Shown: positions 25,101 through 39,134 of the stretch, in pieces | Layout of the letters: each line of letters starts with the position of its first letter | Numbering within the stretch: the stretch's first letter is position 1 | NCBI RefSeq assembly: GCF_006345805.1 | Contig: NC_042997.1 | Location: 95,170,001 to 95,234,000 of the forward strand | Origin: Octopus sinensis | Lineage: Eukaryota | DNA length: 64,000 bases | Reading direction: 5' to 3' | The notes under the pieces: generated by a model | The model's database searches: none | The model's input: the letters and a program-made list of their open reading frames with translations, nothing else | Told to the model about the DNA's origin: nothing | Program-made: the position numbers and the translations under genes

Positions 25101-25873
25101 TGTCTGGAGACTTTTATTTGCAGTTGAAGAAATAGCCAAATTTTTGGCTGCTATTTCTGAAAAGTTCGGTGTGTGGTAAAGTGAATTTTTTTACTTTACC
25201 ATATTTTTATAAATTAATACTTCAAATATACCGTAAATGGTCTTTACATACCGAATACTGCTTGGTCGAATTTATTAACAATTAATTAATTCTACCCCTT
25301 TTTTTGATGACAATATAATGCTTTAATCTCCAAGAATTTGAACTGCAGTTTTTACCTCTGTAGAAATGTAATGCTCTATGACTCACGTGGGTGGACAGGG
25401 AGAATAATAGATCTCATTCGTATTTTTGGATTCGCTAGTACTGGGTGTCTGGCATGGTTTGTCCGATGTTACAGATATCGGACGGGTATGTTAGATTCTT
25501 AGTATTTTCAAATCTAAATCAGAAGAAATCTCTGAGCTGATGAAGGAAAAGTGGCGTTTTACCCACAAATCCAGAAACAGACTGTCCTCGGGTATCGTAT
25601 ATGGATGTGATCTTTCATTGTTTTTTCCCTTATACCTATGTGGGTTATTTTCTGAGTATGCATTGTCTGGAGACTTTTATTTGCAGTTGAAGAAATAGCC
25701 AAATTTTTGGCTGCTATTTCTGAAAAGTTCGGTGTGTGGTAAAGTGAATTTTTTTACTTTACCATATTTTTATAAATTAATACTTCAAATATACCGTAAA
25801 TGGTCTTTACATACCGAATACTGCTTGGTCGAATTTATTAACAATTAATTAATTCTACCCCTTTTTTTTATGA
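25101..25873 (+). repeat. Diverged relative of the 18.5-kb array: 1.37 units, period 563 bp, ~210-bp direct terminal repeat
   Basis: TGTCTGGAGACTTTTATTTGCAG starts at 25101 and 25664. Colinear homology with the reverse complement of the array unit, roughly 65-70% by eye. The 3' end abuts (TA)n. Confidence 0.88.
25532..25591 (+). ncRNA. Minimal type I hammerhead ribozyme motif, diverged subfamily
   Basis: CTGAG CTGATGA A GGA AAA GTGG CGTTTTAC CCAC AAA TCC A GAA ACAG A CTGT C CTCGG: stem I 5 bp, stem II 3+4 bp, stem III 4 bp, cleavage triplet GUC (after 25586). Confidence 0.75.
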
Positions 25874-25884
25874 CAATACATACA

Positions 25885-25949
<65 letters not shown>

Positions 25950-26021
25950 GCATCTATATGTATATATCTATATAGGTACACACATACATATATGCATATA
26001 TATATATATATATATACATGC

Positions 26022-26086
<65 letters not shown>

Positions 26087-26100
26087 TATATATGTATATA

Positions 26101-27178
26101 TGAGAGGTCTCCAACACTGAAGTCAGCAACGCATTTCACACAGTTGACCACAAAATCCTACTGAAAGAACTGTCCTACGTTGGAGTCCGTGGAATGCTGC
26201 TGCAGTGGATAAAGTGTTTCCTCACGAACAGAACCAAACATACTGCGTTTGAGGGTATACGATCCAGCTCAGTGATAGTCAGTAGTGGTGTCCCATAAGG
26301 TACTGTGTTGGGCCTACTCCACTTCACGACATAGTAGATGTCATCAAACATTCTACATTGAAAATCTTCGCAGATGATTTCAAAATCCAGAAAGCCATTA
26401 ACGATATGAGCGACCGAACATGCCTTCAGTCAGATCTGTTGCCTTTGTCCAATGGGCAGAACAAAAGCAATATGCTTTTAAATGCTTTTAAATGAAGATA
26501 AGTTTGATTTGATCCACTTTGGGAAGGAGGAAATTCTTATATTACTATATGCTCTTCCTTCGGGCGACTCCCTAGTGTCATCCAACAATACCAGATATCT
26601 TTGAGTGATTGTTGATAACAATCTAAGCTGGAATTCCCACATAAACAGCAAGGTTGAATTAGCCCGCATTATGTGCTTCTAGATACTGAGAACATTCCGG
26701 TCTAGAGATTCCTCCAACATCATCCTTTTCAACTCTACTTTTGCCCGACTCCACTGTGGTCCCGCATACGAAACAACTCATTATGAAATATTCCATCAAC
26801 AATGCACAAATGATGTTAACATCAAATTTAAAATCCATTCAAGAATTGGCCCGCGTGCTATTCGCCCACTACAAAATCGAACCCGGTACACATAGCAACA
26901 TTACGTCACAATTACTTTACCTCAACCGGTCTAGCTCTCCTTAATAGCGTGCCAAAATACGTCAAAACAGAAATGCATCCCATAAACTTCAAATGTTTAC
27001 TGGAAAAATTTCTTCAAAAAATTCCCGGCCCAACCTCCTACACCCGGATATGCCTCCAGGAATAATAACTCTTTGTTAGAGTGGGTTATGGTGCCTCTTA
27101 TATGACTAAAAGACTTCATCAGGTGGTGCTATTGAGTTAGACATGGGCTAGGCCTATACTGCCCAAAACCTATCAAAG

Positions 27179-27180
<2 letters not shown>
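26101..27180 (+). mobile_element. 5'-truncated CR1-type LINE (RT fragment and 3' end)
   Basis: Translates to SNAFHTVDHKILL..GVRGMLLQWIKCFLTNR..SSGVP*GTVLG..KIFADD (26361-26378)..VDNNLSWNSHI, with stops, frameshifts and an internal deletion. (TA)n on both sides. Confidence 0.92.
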
Positions 27181-27231
<51 letters not shown>

Positions 27232-27237
27232 ATATAA

Positions 27238-27275
<38 letters not shown>

Positions 27276-28536
27276 GAAAGAGAGTGAGAGAAAGAAAGAG
27301 CGAGAGGGAGAGAGTGAAAGAGAGAGAGAAAGACATGTATATGTAACTGTGCATATTTCTGTATTTACACATTGAAACTACATTTACTTCATGAAGTTAT
27401 GTTATATTTTTTATTTCCTAAACACTTCATACGTATATTTTAGCTAATAGAGATATATAGTATCTGGCGCAAATATTATACATAAGCATAGAGGATCCTA
27501 GTAATTACATTATTCTGATTTGAAAATATCTGACAGAAATATATCAATACACATGTGTATGCGTAGTATTACATTTAACCACGCACACTCACAAACATGC
27601 ACACAAACAGACACACACTCGCACAGACACACATACATACACACATATATGCATATAAAAATTAATCACTTCCTCTCCTTCACTAACCCCAACACTCATA
27701 CACATACATCTATATATTGATAGATATATGTGTTTCTACTTATGTATGAACACAGAATATATCAAATGCCCTAATGCAGAGATATAATCACTGTTATATA
27801 TTTCAATATTCCATTCCTATATGATCGTTTTTGCCAACATTTACATTTAATGTAATTATCAATCATTAAATTTTGGAGCTGTGTTATTATATGTAGAAAG
27901 AGCCGGAAAGGCATATATTTTCCTATATTCTGATACTTAAATCTTATTTTCTTGCTCACAACTTCTTTTTACATACATTACGCGATATGCATTTCTTTTG
28001 TTCCCATATACGTTACAGAATGTGTTGATACGTCTTGGAAAGTATGAAATGAGAAATTTTGCACTAACCCTTCTTGGAAAGGAATCCATGTCGTACCACA
28101 AATTGTAGATTTAGACTTTAAATTTTGGTTATAATTATTAGGAAATCACGTAGTAGTGGTATCTAAAATAAAATGTATTCCTATACGAGTGTGAACATTC
28201 CTATTTTCTACCACTCCACTATATATAAGTCAATGTATCTACATCTACATTTTTGTATATGTATTCACGACTGTATGTACGGCAATGTGAGCATTGATAC
28301 ATCATATATATATGTAAGGATGCATGCATACACACACACACACATATGCATGTATATATATAAATATTTATACGTATCTACTCGCACATATGAATGTTTG
28401 CATGTATGTATTTATGTATGTATTTAGATATTCTATATATATACATATATATATCAGTGCCTCTCTTTGTTTCTCTCTTTCTCTCTCTCTCTCTTAATAT
28501 ATATATATAATATATATATATATATATAATATATAT

Positions 28537-28583
<47 letters not shown>

Positions 28584-31500
28584 ATATTATATAGATATAG
28601 ATATATATATTATATATATATAAGTGTGCGCGCGTGTGTGTATCTCAGTGTATGTATAGTAAAAGGGTTTGACGTCACTGTAAAGAAATAAAATACAAAG
28701 GCTGAAACTAAAGATATGACAAATACAATAAGATTCGTAATGGTGTTACAGGTAGTAGTAAGAATATACGAAATTCTTACTAATGGAATCTGTCATTAAG
28801 ATCCCATTACTTTTATCATGTATCTTTTCTCTTATCAGAAATATATTCAAAACAGTAGAAAGAGAGTGTGAGAATGCGGTAGGATAGTGTCAGTTAGCCA
28901 AAAAATAGATTGATAGACAGTCATAGAAAAGATGACTGAATTAACGTGTATGTCATTCCAGTAGCATATTGAAAACTAAATGTCGGGACAAGTGTTCGAA
29001 TAGTCGACAGACATAAAAGTTCACTTGTCTAAAAATATTAGTTCTTATATGCTCTATTATGAGAAAGAAAGTTCTTTTGTTTTAAAATGATAAATTATTT
29101 CAAAATATGATAGACATTGGTTTTCTAACGTTATATGACGTCATTTAGCATGTAGTTGTCAGTTATTATAAATATTATCGGGAAACAATTTCTGTGTCTG
29201 TATTTATATGCGGTAACTCTTATTATATATGACTAAATCTAATGCTTGTATTACTTAACGGCAGAGGCAAAATAATTCTCTGTCCCTGTTGTCGGTGAAT
29301 ATAACTGCAAAATCATATTGTCACAAGTACTAGTGAAGAAGTATTAAGGAAGTAGAAGTGCTAATAAAATGCTTTCAGTGTTATCTAATGTAGAATTGCA
29401 TTTCATCCACCGGGACTTAGCTGCATAATTATATTTACAACGTCTTAAACGTTGTCGCAATCAAGACAGTATTAATAATAATGTAAACGGATTTTGCAAT
29501 TCTTCATAAACGAGAAGTAACATATTGTGGTTTCAGTTGGATTCAACAAGCTTAGTTATATTAAGTGAAATTACCTTATATCCCATCTCTCCATCTCCCT
29601 GGTTCTCATGAAGAAGATAACGTACAAGGGGTAAAATTGAGCTAGTTGAATAATGGAGTATATCGCTTCCAGATGAATTTTACCGTGTAGTTTTTCTAAA
29701 CGAAATTTATTCATTATAATTTTGTCCCGCACCAGGGCTGATGATTTGTACTTATGTATAGATGAACTGACTAAATGCCTAGCAACATTTAGTTTTAATC
29801 TATTTATTCTCATATACTCTACAACTATTTTTATCTTACATTTAGCCGTTCAGTAGTGGATGAAATGTCTACGAGTTATGCACTCCATGAATTTATATTA
29901 GAACAGCTCATTATATTTAGCAGTCATTATATTTAGCACAGCAATAAATTCATATGAATTGGATGCACTCAATTTTCAATATTTTTTGGCTGCAATTTCA
30001 ATGTTTTACATCTGGGGATATCTTAAAGTAATAATTTGAAAACTATACATTTAAGAAAGTATAAATCATCATGTGTATCATATTATACCATTAGATAAGT
30101 GATATAAAAATATTCGCGTTCCACATTCGTTACCTAAGCAACAAGTGTATTCAGCACATAGAATGTATTATTTGGAGAGAAATATTAGCGCTCTCAATAG
30201 AAAACTGAATGATTTGTTTCCTGATATGTTAATTCTCTAGCCAACGTTATTTGTGATATGATTAATTTACACTTTTATATTAGTATTCCTTCAAAATATC
30301 ATACTGCGTAAATAAACGATGAATAAAAAAATTAAGCCATTATTTTATTCAGTATTGTCATCTGATATTTAGCATGACATTTTAAATGTCTCTTATTTCT
30401 ATCCTTACTTCTATATTATAATCAAAATTATTCTAAATTTGGTTGCTTTATAAAGAAAATTATTGATCATGTGTAACGAATATTTTCATTAACATTTCTT
30501 TTCATATTTCATAATTTTATGCAATTTCATATCTCGATGTCTTAACATTAGACTTGATGGCTCTGACAAAGCAAAGTAATAACATGTCACCTCACAAAAT
30601 CAACAACAAAAAATAGTAAAGTATTATTTCATTTTGATAACTTCATGCGTGAAAAAATACATAAATTACATTCGCATATCAGTTTTATTGAAATGCTTAA
30701 GCTAGCTATGAGATGCTTGTCAATATTAAAATAAAATATCCTTTATACGCTTGAATATATTAAAATAATGTGGTTGTAAAAAACAGAAAAATGCATACCT
30801 TTTTGTTCATTAGGAAAACACTCTAAGAAGCTTACAATCTTTCACAGTTGTGATAGGCTGATGTTTAATAACAAAATAGTGAAAGAAATTTATTTCCTAA
30901 TGACAATTTTCCCCACCTACAAGATATAAAGAAACTGAATGAAGTGGAACGAAGAGAATGAAGTGGATCCAATATAAAAATATGGAATTAGGCAATAATA
31001 TCTAGATGTGATATGTGCACATTATTTAACTAACAATGCAATTTAACTGAAAATGCAATTTTAAAGATATAAAATTTGAAGGTCTCCTTTTTAAAATTTA
31101 CAGAGAACAAAAGAAAGGGTAGCAATTGAATTAAGCGTATACAACCAACAGAGGTGATTTCTACGTGATGAGCACTAGCATCATGATTATCTTCATCAAG
31201 ATAAATTTGTAACTCCGAGTTTTTCAAATTTTCGAACCTAACGAATTAGTCTAAACAGTTATTGGATGTTAAGCGCTTGAAGGATTCATCTATTCTAATA
31301 GCTATTTAATGTGTTGTATTGTTATTTAACGTGTTTTATTCAAATTTAGGTTTGTTTTGTTTTGGTGGTGTTAATATTGTAATGATGCTGTTAAAATACA
31401 ATCATTTTTATGATTTAATGTTGTTAGGTGGGTAGGTGGTAGACTGAAGATACAATTGGTAAAACAATAATCATTTATATTCTTTTGTATTGTGGATTAT

Positions 31501-31984
31501 AATTCGCTGAATTCGACCTTATCTTTATGCCCCAGTCATATAATGATGTAAATTCAAATGATTACATATTTCCTCAAATTTTCTAGCCAGGCGTCTAAGT
31601 TAAAACACTTTATTTGGTGCTATATAATTTCATTTGCAAATACTTACGTGGTAACTGATATTAAAAATAATAACTTAGCATATATGTTTCAGGTGAAGTA
31701 ATAATACAAAATTTTGTTTTCTGAATCGCTGTGCATATCGGTGTGTACATCTTAAAGCGAGAGGGAGTCTGATTTTTAGGAAGCATATGATATAATATTT
31801 ATAGTATTTTTGCGAATATTTCCCTATATAATACGTCTATGCATAATGAAATTATCTATACATGCTAGATAGCTTCATAAACGCGTCACTAAAGATAATA
31901 TCAACCACAGAACTCACTGATGATGTCAATCACATTATACCTCTGCTACTATACGAGTCTATTCAAATTACTTAAGTAATATCG

Positions 31985-32190
31985 GTTTAAAATGTTGGCA
32001 CAAGACCAGAATTTAGGAGTTGGGTGAGTCAATAACACTAACCCCAGTGCTCACATGTTACTTATTTTACTGATCGCGAAAGGGATGAAAGGTAACTTCG
32101 ACCTCGGTGGAATGTCAGATCATAACGTAAAAACGGACTAAATGCCGCTAAGTATCTTGCCCGACATAATGAGGATTCTCGCCGTTTTAG
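31985..32190 (+). mobile_element. Abundant SINE-like repeat, degenerate
   Basis: GGATGAAAGG..TCGACCTCGG..GCCGCTAAG motifs. Confidence 0.7.
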
Positions 32191-34654
32191 ATGCCTAAAT
32201 AATATCGCCTGTACTAATAATATTTCTGTATCGCAAATCCCTCATATCACTGATTGGAGAGAAATTAGGAAAAGGAAAAACTAAGATTACATATAATATC
32301 CCTATGACTTACACACAACTTAAATGTATTTGATTGGTTTCGTGTGACAAATGAATATTCCGAACGAAATCAAATTCAAAAACAAATAAACATTCACGTG
32401 AATGTGTGTTGAATTAAACGTTGAGTTATTGTTACGTGAGATATATTAATGAATTAAGGTTTTTATTTTATCGATTCATTTTTGTGCTAAAAGAAAACTA
32501 TTTTTCAAAAATGTATCTAGCAGTAAGTCTGTGATCGCAGATTTCCATAATCGGATTTATAGTTAAAATAATTATAATTTTTACTTTTAAGAACATATAA
32601 TTATGCAAATTATCAATGGTATTTTCTCAATTATATCCATTTCAAAGCAAAATTAATTGGCATAAATATTCAAATATATGAAATTGAATCTTTGTACAAT
32701 ATTTAGTCTGAGAGCGTTAGCTGCTTACAAAACATCAGAGTGGTAGAACCTAAAGAAGCGTGAAATAAACAAGTCATTGATCATTTTTGCGCTCGCAAAA
32801 AACAGGGTACTAATGTCAGATGATATTTAGTAAAGAGAGATGTTTATCATGCCTAGTGTCCAGCAGCCACCAGCAATAGCATTTATGGGTGACTTAACTG
32901 TGGGAACAATATTCGTCCATGAGCAGCAAAATATCTTAATGAGTCTTGAGCAATCGATGATTTAGACTGTCACGAGTTTCGAAAAATATATGACCAAAAC
33001 ACAAATGTGTAATCGTTACACCCTTAACTACAAGACTTCATAAAATTGAGTTAGTTTAAATACAGTCAAAATCCTATATGCTTCGTATAGACATTGTTTA
33101 TGAGAATATATTTTGCAGAATGGTATTATTCTTAATTAGAATATTAAGTGAAAATTTAATTGAAGACAAATGTAAACGTATACCAGAAAAATGTCTATTG
33201 TATATAACTTTACAATGTGGTACAAAAATGGCAGTAAGAACAGTAGAACATACTTTAACTCATGCTATCACATGTAAGATATATAGGGTAATTAAAGTGA
33301 GCAAGAAATGGACCACGGCGTGCAGACATTTTAAAATAGCCGTTCCATACAATCACATAAATATTAGATACACACAAGCGTATATATATGTATATGTATA
33401 TCTATGTATGTATGTATGCATGTATATATATATATATATATAATATATATATATATATATAATATATATATATATATGTATATGTATGTATGTATCTATC
33501 TATATATATATATATATATGTGTGTTACGGTAGATTATCTGGATTGCGTGTGTGTAGTGCGTAGGCGCAGGTGTGTCTAAGTGTTACAGAGTTTCTTTTC
33601 GCAAAATCATTGTCCCGGAGCAAACTTATTCTGCAGTATCTTCAACACTGCGTATCTAGTACATTTCAAATCATCTGAATCCTTTTCGCTGTAAGTTCCA
33701 GACGCATTTATATGATTGCTCGTTGTACGTACCGACAGATTTATTAATGTTTCACTTCATGTATAGTTATACTCAAAAACAGTCTGACTTTCAGTGATAT
33801 ATTTCACACAACTTTCCGAAAATGGTCGAATTTAATGTACTTTATTTTCAGTTAATTTCTCATTTTGTTGAATGAACGACGAAGTTTCGTATTCATTCGT
33901 TTTTTTTTTTTTTTTTTCATTTTCCTGCTTAATACAAAATTAGACGCATAAAATGAAACAAACACACAGATACGCGTGTTGTTGGTGCTTACAATTATAT
34001 TAAAGACTGTAAGCCATTATTAGGAACGGAAAATGACAGCAGGTTATCAGACAGGAAACGAGCCATGTAACTATCACTTGCCGGATGATCAAATTACCGA
34101 TTACAGCAGAATGAATACTAGTCTTTTTTATTTTTATATTATTTATTTATCACGTAAAGTCCATCAACCCAGTTTTCTACGTAATTTTGATTAGAAGACT
34201 CCATATGCACACATACTTACACTAACACATCTTGTGCTTGGTAAACGAAGAAGTGATTAATTAATGGTTCGGTGGACGTGTCAGAAAGGCATTTTTTTTG
34301 TCGCAATCATCTTTTTGAGGCAGCCGTCTTCATGGGGCAGCCGTCTTCATGAGGCAGCTATTTTCTAGAAACAGTCATCTTCTCATTAGAGCAGGCTCGT
34401 AAATAAGGGCCGACTTCCTGTATTAGCGCGAAAGGCAGTGCATCTACTTACAATTCCATCATTAGTTTACATGATTCATATTACTATATACATCTATGTA
34501 CGTACACCGTCATAATAACATGCAAACACACACTCACACAAACAAACACACATACAAACACACACACATACAAGCACACACACATACAAACACACACATA
34601 TACAAACACACACCCACACACACATATTCGAGGCCAGATTATGTAAACATGCAA

Positions 34655-34690
<36 letters not shown>

Positions 34691-35339
34691 TATATATATT
34701 CATGACAGGGCAACCCGACGCTACATATTTCCACACTACAAAACATACCATCACTCACACTTTATCTTGCAATATTACTGCACAACATGCAAAAGCATTC
34801 TCAAGCAAACTGAGGGTGGGGGGGGGGCAAAGCTTCTTATTTTTTAAATTGACATGATGACGCAATTACGTTTTAGATAGAAAGGTTTTTCCTTCATTCT
34901 TACACTCTTATCCACCTGTCAATTCATTAAGGTCTTTCTTCTGTTTCACCCCGCCATCTCGTGTTTCCCCTCGCCTTACTCTCATCTTTGTATGGTTCTC
35001 CTCATTTCAACCTTCTACATTTCTACTTTCTTCCACTGCTCGTCTTAAACATTCTTGCTCATGTATGAAGCTCACGTGGTTCAGCATTTCTTATAAGTTG
35101 GTGCTAGATTGCTGTTTCCCCTGCAGAAAATTCTATCCAAAATTTTGAACCCTCTCAACTGTAAGGTCACTGCACTCATTTCATTGATAGCGCCATACAT
35201 GTCGAGCCGAAGCAAACACACTTTAACAAGTTTTCTGTCTGTTTGATCATACATTCTTACACACACACGGACACACACAAACACACACACATACACAAAA
35301 ACAAACACATACATACACATAAACACACACACTTATATG

Positions 35340-35541
<202 letters not shown>

Positions 35542-35904
35542 ACTGTTTTGTCAATTTGCCAACCTGTTTGTTTGTTTATAAAAACAACATTGATCTCAAT
35601 CACCTGCAATAATATCTGTAGAAACAATTTCATGTGTGGTTGATGTTCTTCTGCTGTGGAATTTAACAATTTTACTGGAATATTTGTACGAATGAAACCT
35701 CTTTCATCGAATCAATTATACCGTTCATGAAATTACTAATAGAGAAGCTGGTATTCGTTATAGTCTGTGTTGTAGAAAATAAATTACTTATAAATTTGAC
35801 CTGGGAGTACATTCGATAATAAAAGTTTTAAAAAGTATTACTCGAGGAAAAATTTAATAGAAAGCGATATAGAAGATTAAGTGGACAGGGTGAAATCTCT
35901 AAAT

Positions 35905-36100
35905 ATTGATTTCAAATGTCGGCACGAGGCCAGCAAGTTTGGGTGGAGTCAATTATATCCATCCTAGTTCTCAACTGGTACTTAATTTATCGACCCCGCG
36001 AAGCAGGATGGCAATGATGAACTTATCAACGCGAACAAAATGCCGCTAAGCATTTTGCTGGCATTTTAACGATTTTGCCAGCTGGCTTCTGGCCGCCTTG
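35905..36100 (+). mobile_element. Abundant SINE-like repeat, degenerate
   Basis: CAACTGGTACTTAATTTATCGACCCCG..GCCGCTAAGCATTTTG..TGCCAGC. Confidence 0.7.
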
Positions 36101-36709
36101 AAATCTCTTAATATTGAGTTATATTAATTTTACTGTCAGTCGCCTGCAGATAATGACAAGGTTTGTAGTGCTTCGTTTTCATTTTCCTCAGTATTGTACC
36201 CAGAGCGTTATCCCCCATGATTTCTTTGCGAGTCAGATTATAGGATACAATTAATTATCGTGCTCGCACAGCGTAACATTGTTGACTCGTACACAATTAA
36301 ATGCAAGGAAGGTGTTCGTGTGATCGTGCACAATCATGACAAATAACTGTAAGAAATACTTTTATTTTTTTTAATCGTTGCTATCATCTCCATGACAGTA
36401 CCAACACTATCTCTAATCTTCAACTGTTCACAATGGTATGAATAAGCAAACATCGATGTGAGTTGCTTATTATTAGGTAGCTAAACATTTCAGAGGATTC
36501 GAAGAAACAATCGATTCTCATGCTTCTAACTTTCATAGAGTTTCATTTGTCCGCATGTGTTCCCCTTAATTGTCACTATGTTAGTTGTACCAAGAGCTCG
36601 TTCTTAATTAGAAGGTTAATTTTGAAAAGCAAGATCATTTAATCCCAATTATGCCAGTATATATATCTATATCTACATCTTTTTGTGACTGAGGAGAGTC
36701 ACTCTATTT

Positions 36710-36793
<84 letters not shown>

Positions 36794-36848
36794 ATGTATA
36801 TATCGCTAAATCCACATTTTTTTCTTTGTGTTTACCTCCTCGTGTTTC

Positions 36849-36909
36849 TTTCTATTGAAGAGCGTAGGCTCGAAACATAAAGGACTTTCTCATTTTCTCT
36901 AGCGTCAAA
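36849..36909 (+). ncRNA. Degenerate hammerhead-like motif in a ~170-bp repeat after (TATC)n
   Basis: TTT CTATTGA A GAGC GTAG GCTC GAAA CAT..GCGT C AAA: stem II is perfect but the core has two substitutions. Confidence 0.35.
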
Positions 36910-37594
36910 CTAATACACCTACTTGTTGTTTATACTCCTATCTTCATCTTTTTTCTGTAAATTTCAACTACATATATATATATATTGTTGTGTCTGGGGA
37001 GAGTCATTCTCTTTTAGCGCCTTATTATTTAACACATTTAACGGTTACGTTTCCACTCATTTATGTATATTTTCTAAAATTTTCTTTTGTCTTGCAACCT
37101 TCTCAATAGGCGTTGGCTCTGTCCGCTATCGGAGCTGCGTTCTTTTTGTTTGTTTGTGTTTGTATGCGTATGTGTGTCTGTGTTTGCATGTGTGTGAGCA
37201 CCTCTGTTTCCTTGTCTGTGCATGTCTGAGTGTGTCTGGGTATGGGTTTTTGTGACCATGAACTGCATTTTTTATGTACTTATGTGTGTCTTCATTTGTG
37301 TCCTTGTGTCAAGTGAAGTGTGTGTGTGTGTGTGTGCGAGTGTATATGGTCATGTGTTTCTGTCTTTATTTGCGTATGTATGTGTGTATGTACCTGTTCA
37401 TATTGTCTATATACTTATCTACCTGTATGTCTATCTGTTTACATTCATATCCATTTATCTATATACATGTGCATATAAGTATATACATATATATGTACAC
37501 TTATATACAAACACACAACCATGCATACATCTACATAACAGCCCACTAACTACTCTACCTGTATATATACACTGTGGTTATAGGGATATGACTA

Positions 37595-38110
37595 GCTACT
37601 ACGTATATTTCCTATTTAGTACTGGGGATGTTTCATTAATGAGGACGTACTCCTATATCTTGTGTGTTGGTTCCTTCGGGAGCTTGGATTAAATGCGGAT
37701 GTCAAGGGGACCCAGGTTCCTTCCATGTTGGTCCTTGGCATTTTTGGTAGAGTATGGAGGACTGTTTTTTGTCATTATATTGTCTCAAAGTTTCATTTAG
37801 TCTTTCCTCAATGCTTTTAGATGCCTCACCAATGTATGTCATGTTTTTGCCTTTAGAAGCACCTTCTATGCCCCATATACTGTAGACAGCATTTCTTGTC
37901 CTGCATACCATGCAGTTATCATTGGTGCATATGGGATTCTCAAAGGGGTACGTCCTACATAGTTGTTATCTGATGGACCTCCCTGGCATTTCAACGATCT
38001 TAGTGTTGAGTTTGGCCTCCTTCACTTCTAGATATTTGTGGGTCTTGTACCACATGTTCACCCTGTTTCTCTGTCACAAACTCTTTGTATTCTATTCCAG
38101 TCTTTACTTC
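37595..38110 (-). pseudogene. Penelope-like element remnant: Cys-rich linker plus GIY-YIG endonuclease
   Basis: Minus translation KIVEMPGRSIR*QLCRTYPFENPICTNDNCMVC-RTRNAVYSI..YIGEASKSIEERLNE..I*EYVLINETSPVLNRK matches the PLE linker and GIY-YIG pattern (VY.I..YIGE..R..E..N). Confidence 0.85.
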
Positions 38111-38551
38111 TACATCTAGGGCAGGTAATGTTTGTTTCTCAATAAATATAATTTCTGTTAATCTAAAAAAAAAGAGAAAAGGAATTCTAAATCTAAACTA
38201 CAATGTGGTGTTTTAGTGATATGCTTTACACTTCTAATAATAGAGAACACATTTTGCACCAAGGATATAATACGAATATCGTGTTGTACTATTTATTTGG
38301 GATAACTATAATAAAATTATAATAAGCGATTTGTTCCATTTTTGTTGTAATCAGAGATTTGTATAATATTTTATTGCCATTCAAATTAATGGAAATCAAT
38401 ATCAAATTAACCGTTCAGACCTCTGAAGTAAAAAATTAAGAAAAAATTTCAATCAAATTTCCGAATTTATATCAGTCGGTCTTATGAACAGTGTTTGATC
38501 GAGCGTCATGATTTAAATAAATATCTCGAATACGTTTTAGGTCAGATATGG

Positions 38552-39074
38552 TTAATCATTTATAGATTGTGTTTATGAAAATCAATAATAAACAATGTGA
38601 TTTACAAATAGTGAAATAAAGCAGTGTGATTCAAGATACTTAAAACATAAATAACTGAAGAGAATTATGACTGTAAATTTGGAACAACTATTAAGTTCCA
38701 TTTGAAAGTACAGTATTGATCTGTCAGCATTTATTTACTCGAATTTACGTTGTTATTGCAAGTGCAGTACCACAAAGAAATAAAAAAGGAAAACAAAGAT
38801 AATAAAGAGTCTATCCTACAGTCTCAAAGGAACGTGATCATTGATATGAATCAAGAACTGTGGTTTCTCAGTACGAAATATTATCCACGTAGTAATTTAG
38901 CAGCGAAGCTTTTACACATAGAAATAGACGGACTACACTCAGACTGACAAATGTTTATAAGCGTATTTGTGCATCCACACACGTACAACCACACATATAT
39001 ATGTATATACATTTGTGTGTGTTACACTTTATGTCTCTTTTTCTCTGTGTGTGTATATATATATGTAATATATA

Positions 39075-39134
<60 letters not shown>

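Noticed and set aside
28670-28677. TGACGTCA (cAMP-response-element-like) sites here and at 5180
   Set aside because: 8-bp motifs with no promoter context are expected by chance.
34318-34359. 17-bp unit repeated 2.5 times (GRGGCAGCCGTCTTCAT)
   Set aside because: Small local slippage duplication with no spacers or other structure.
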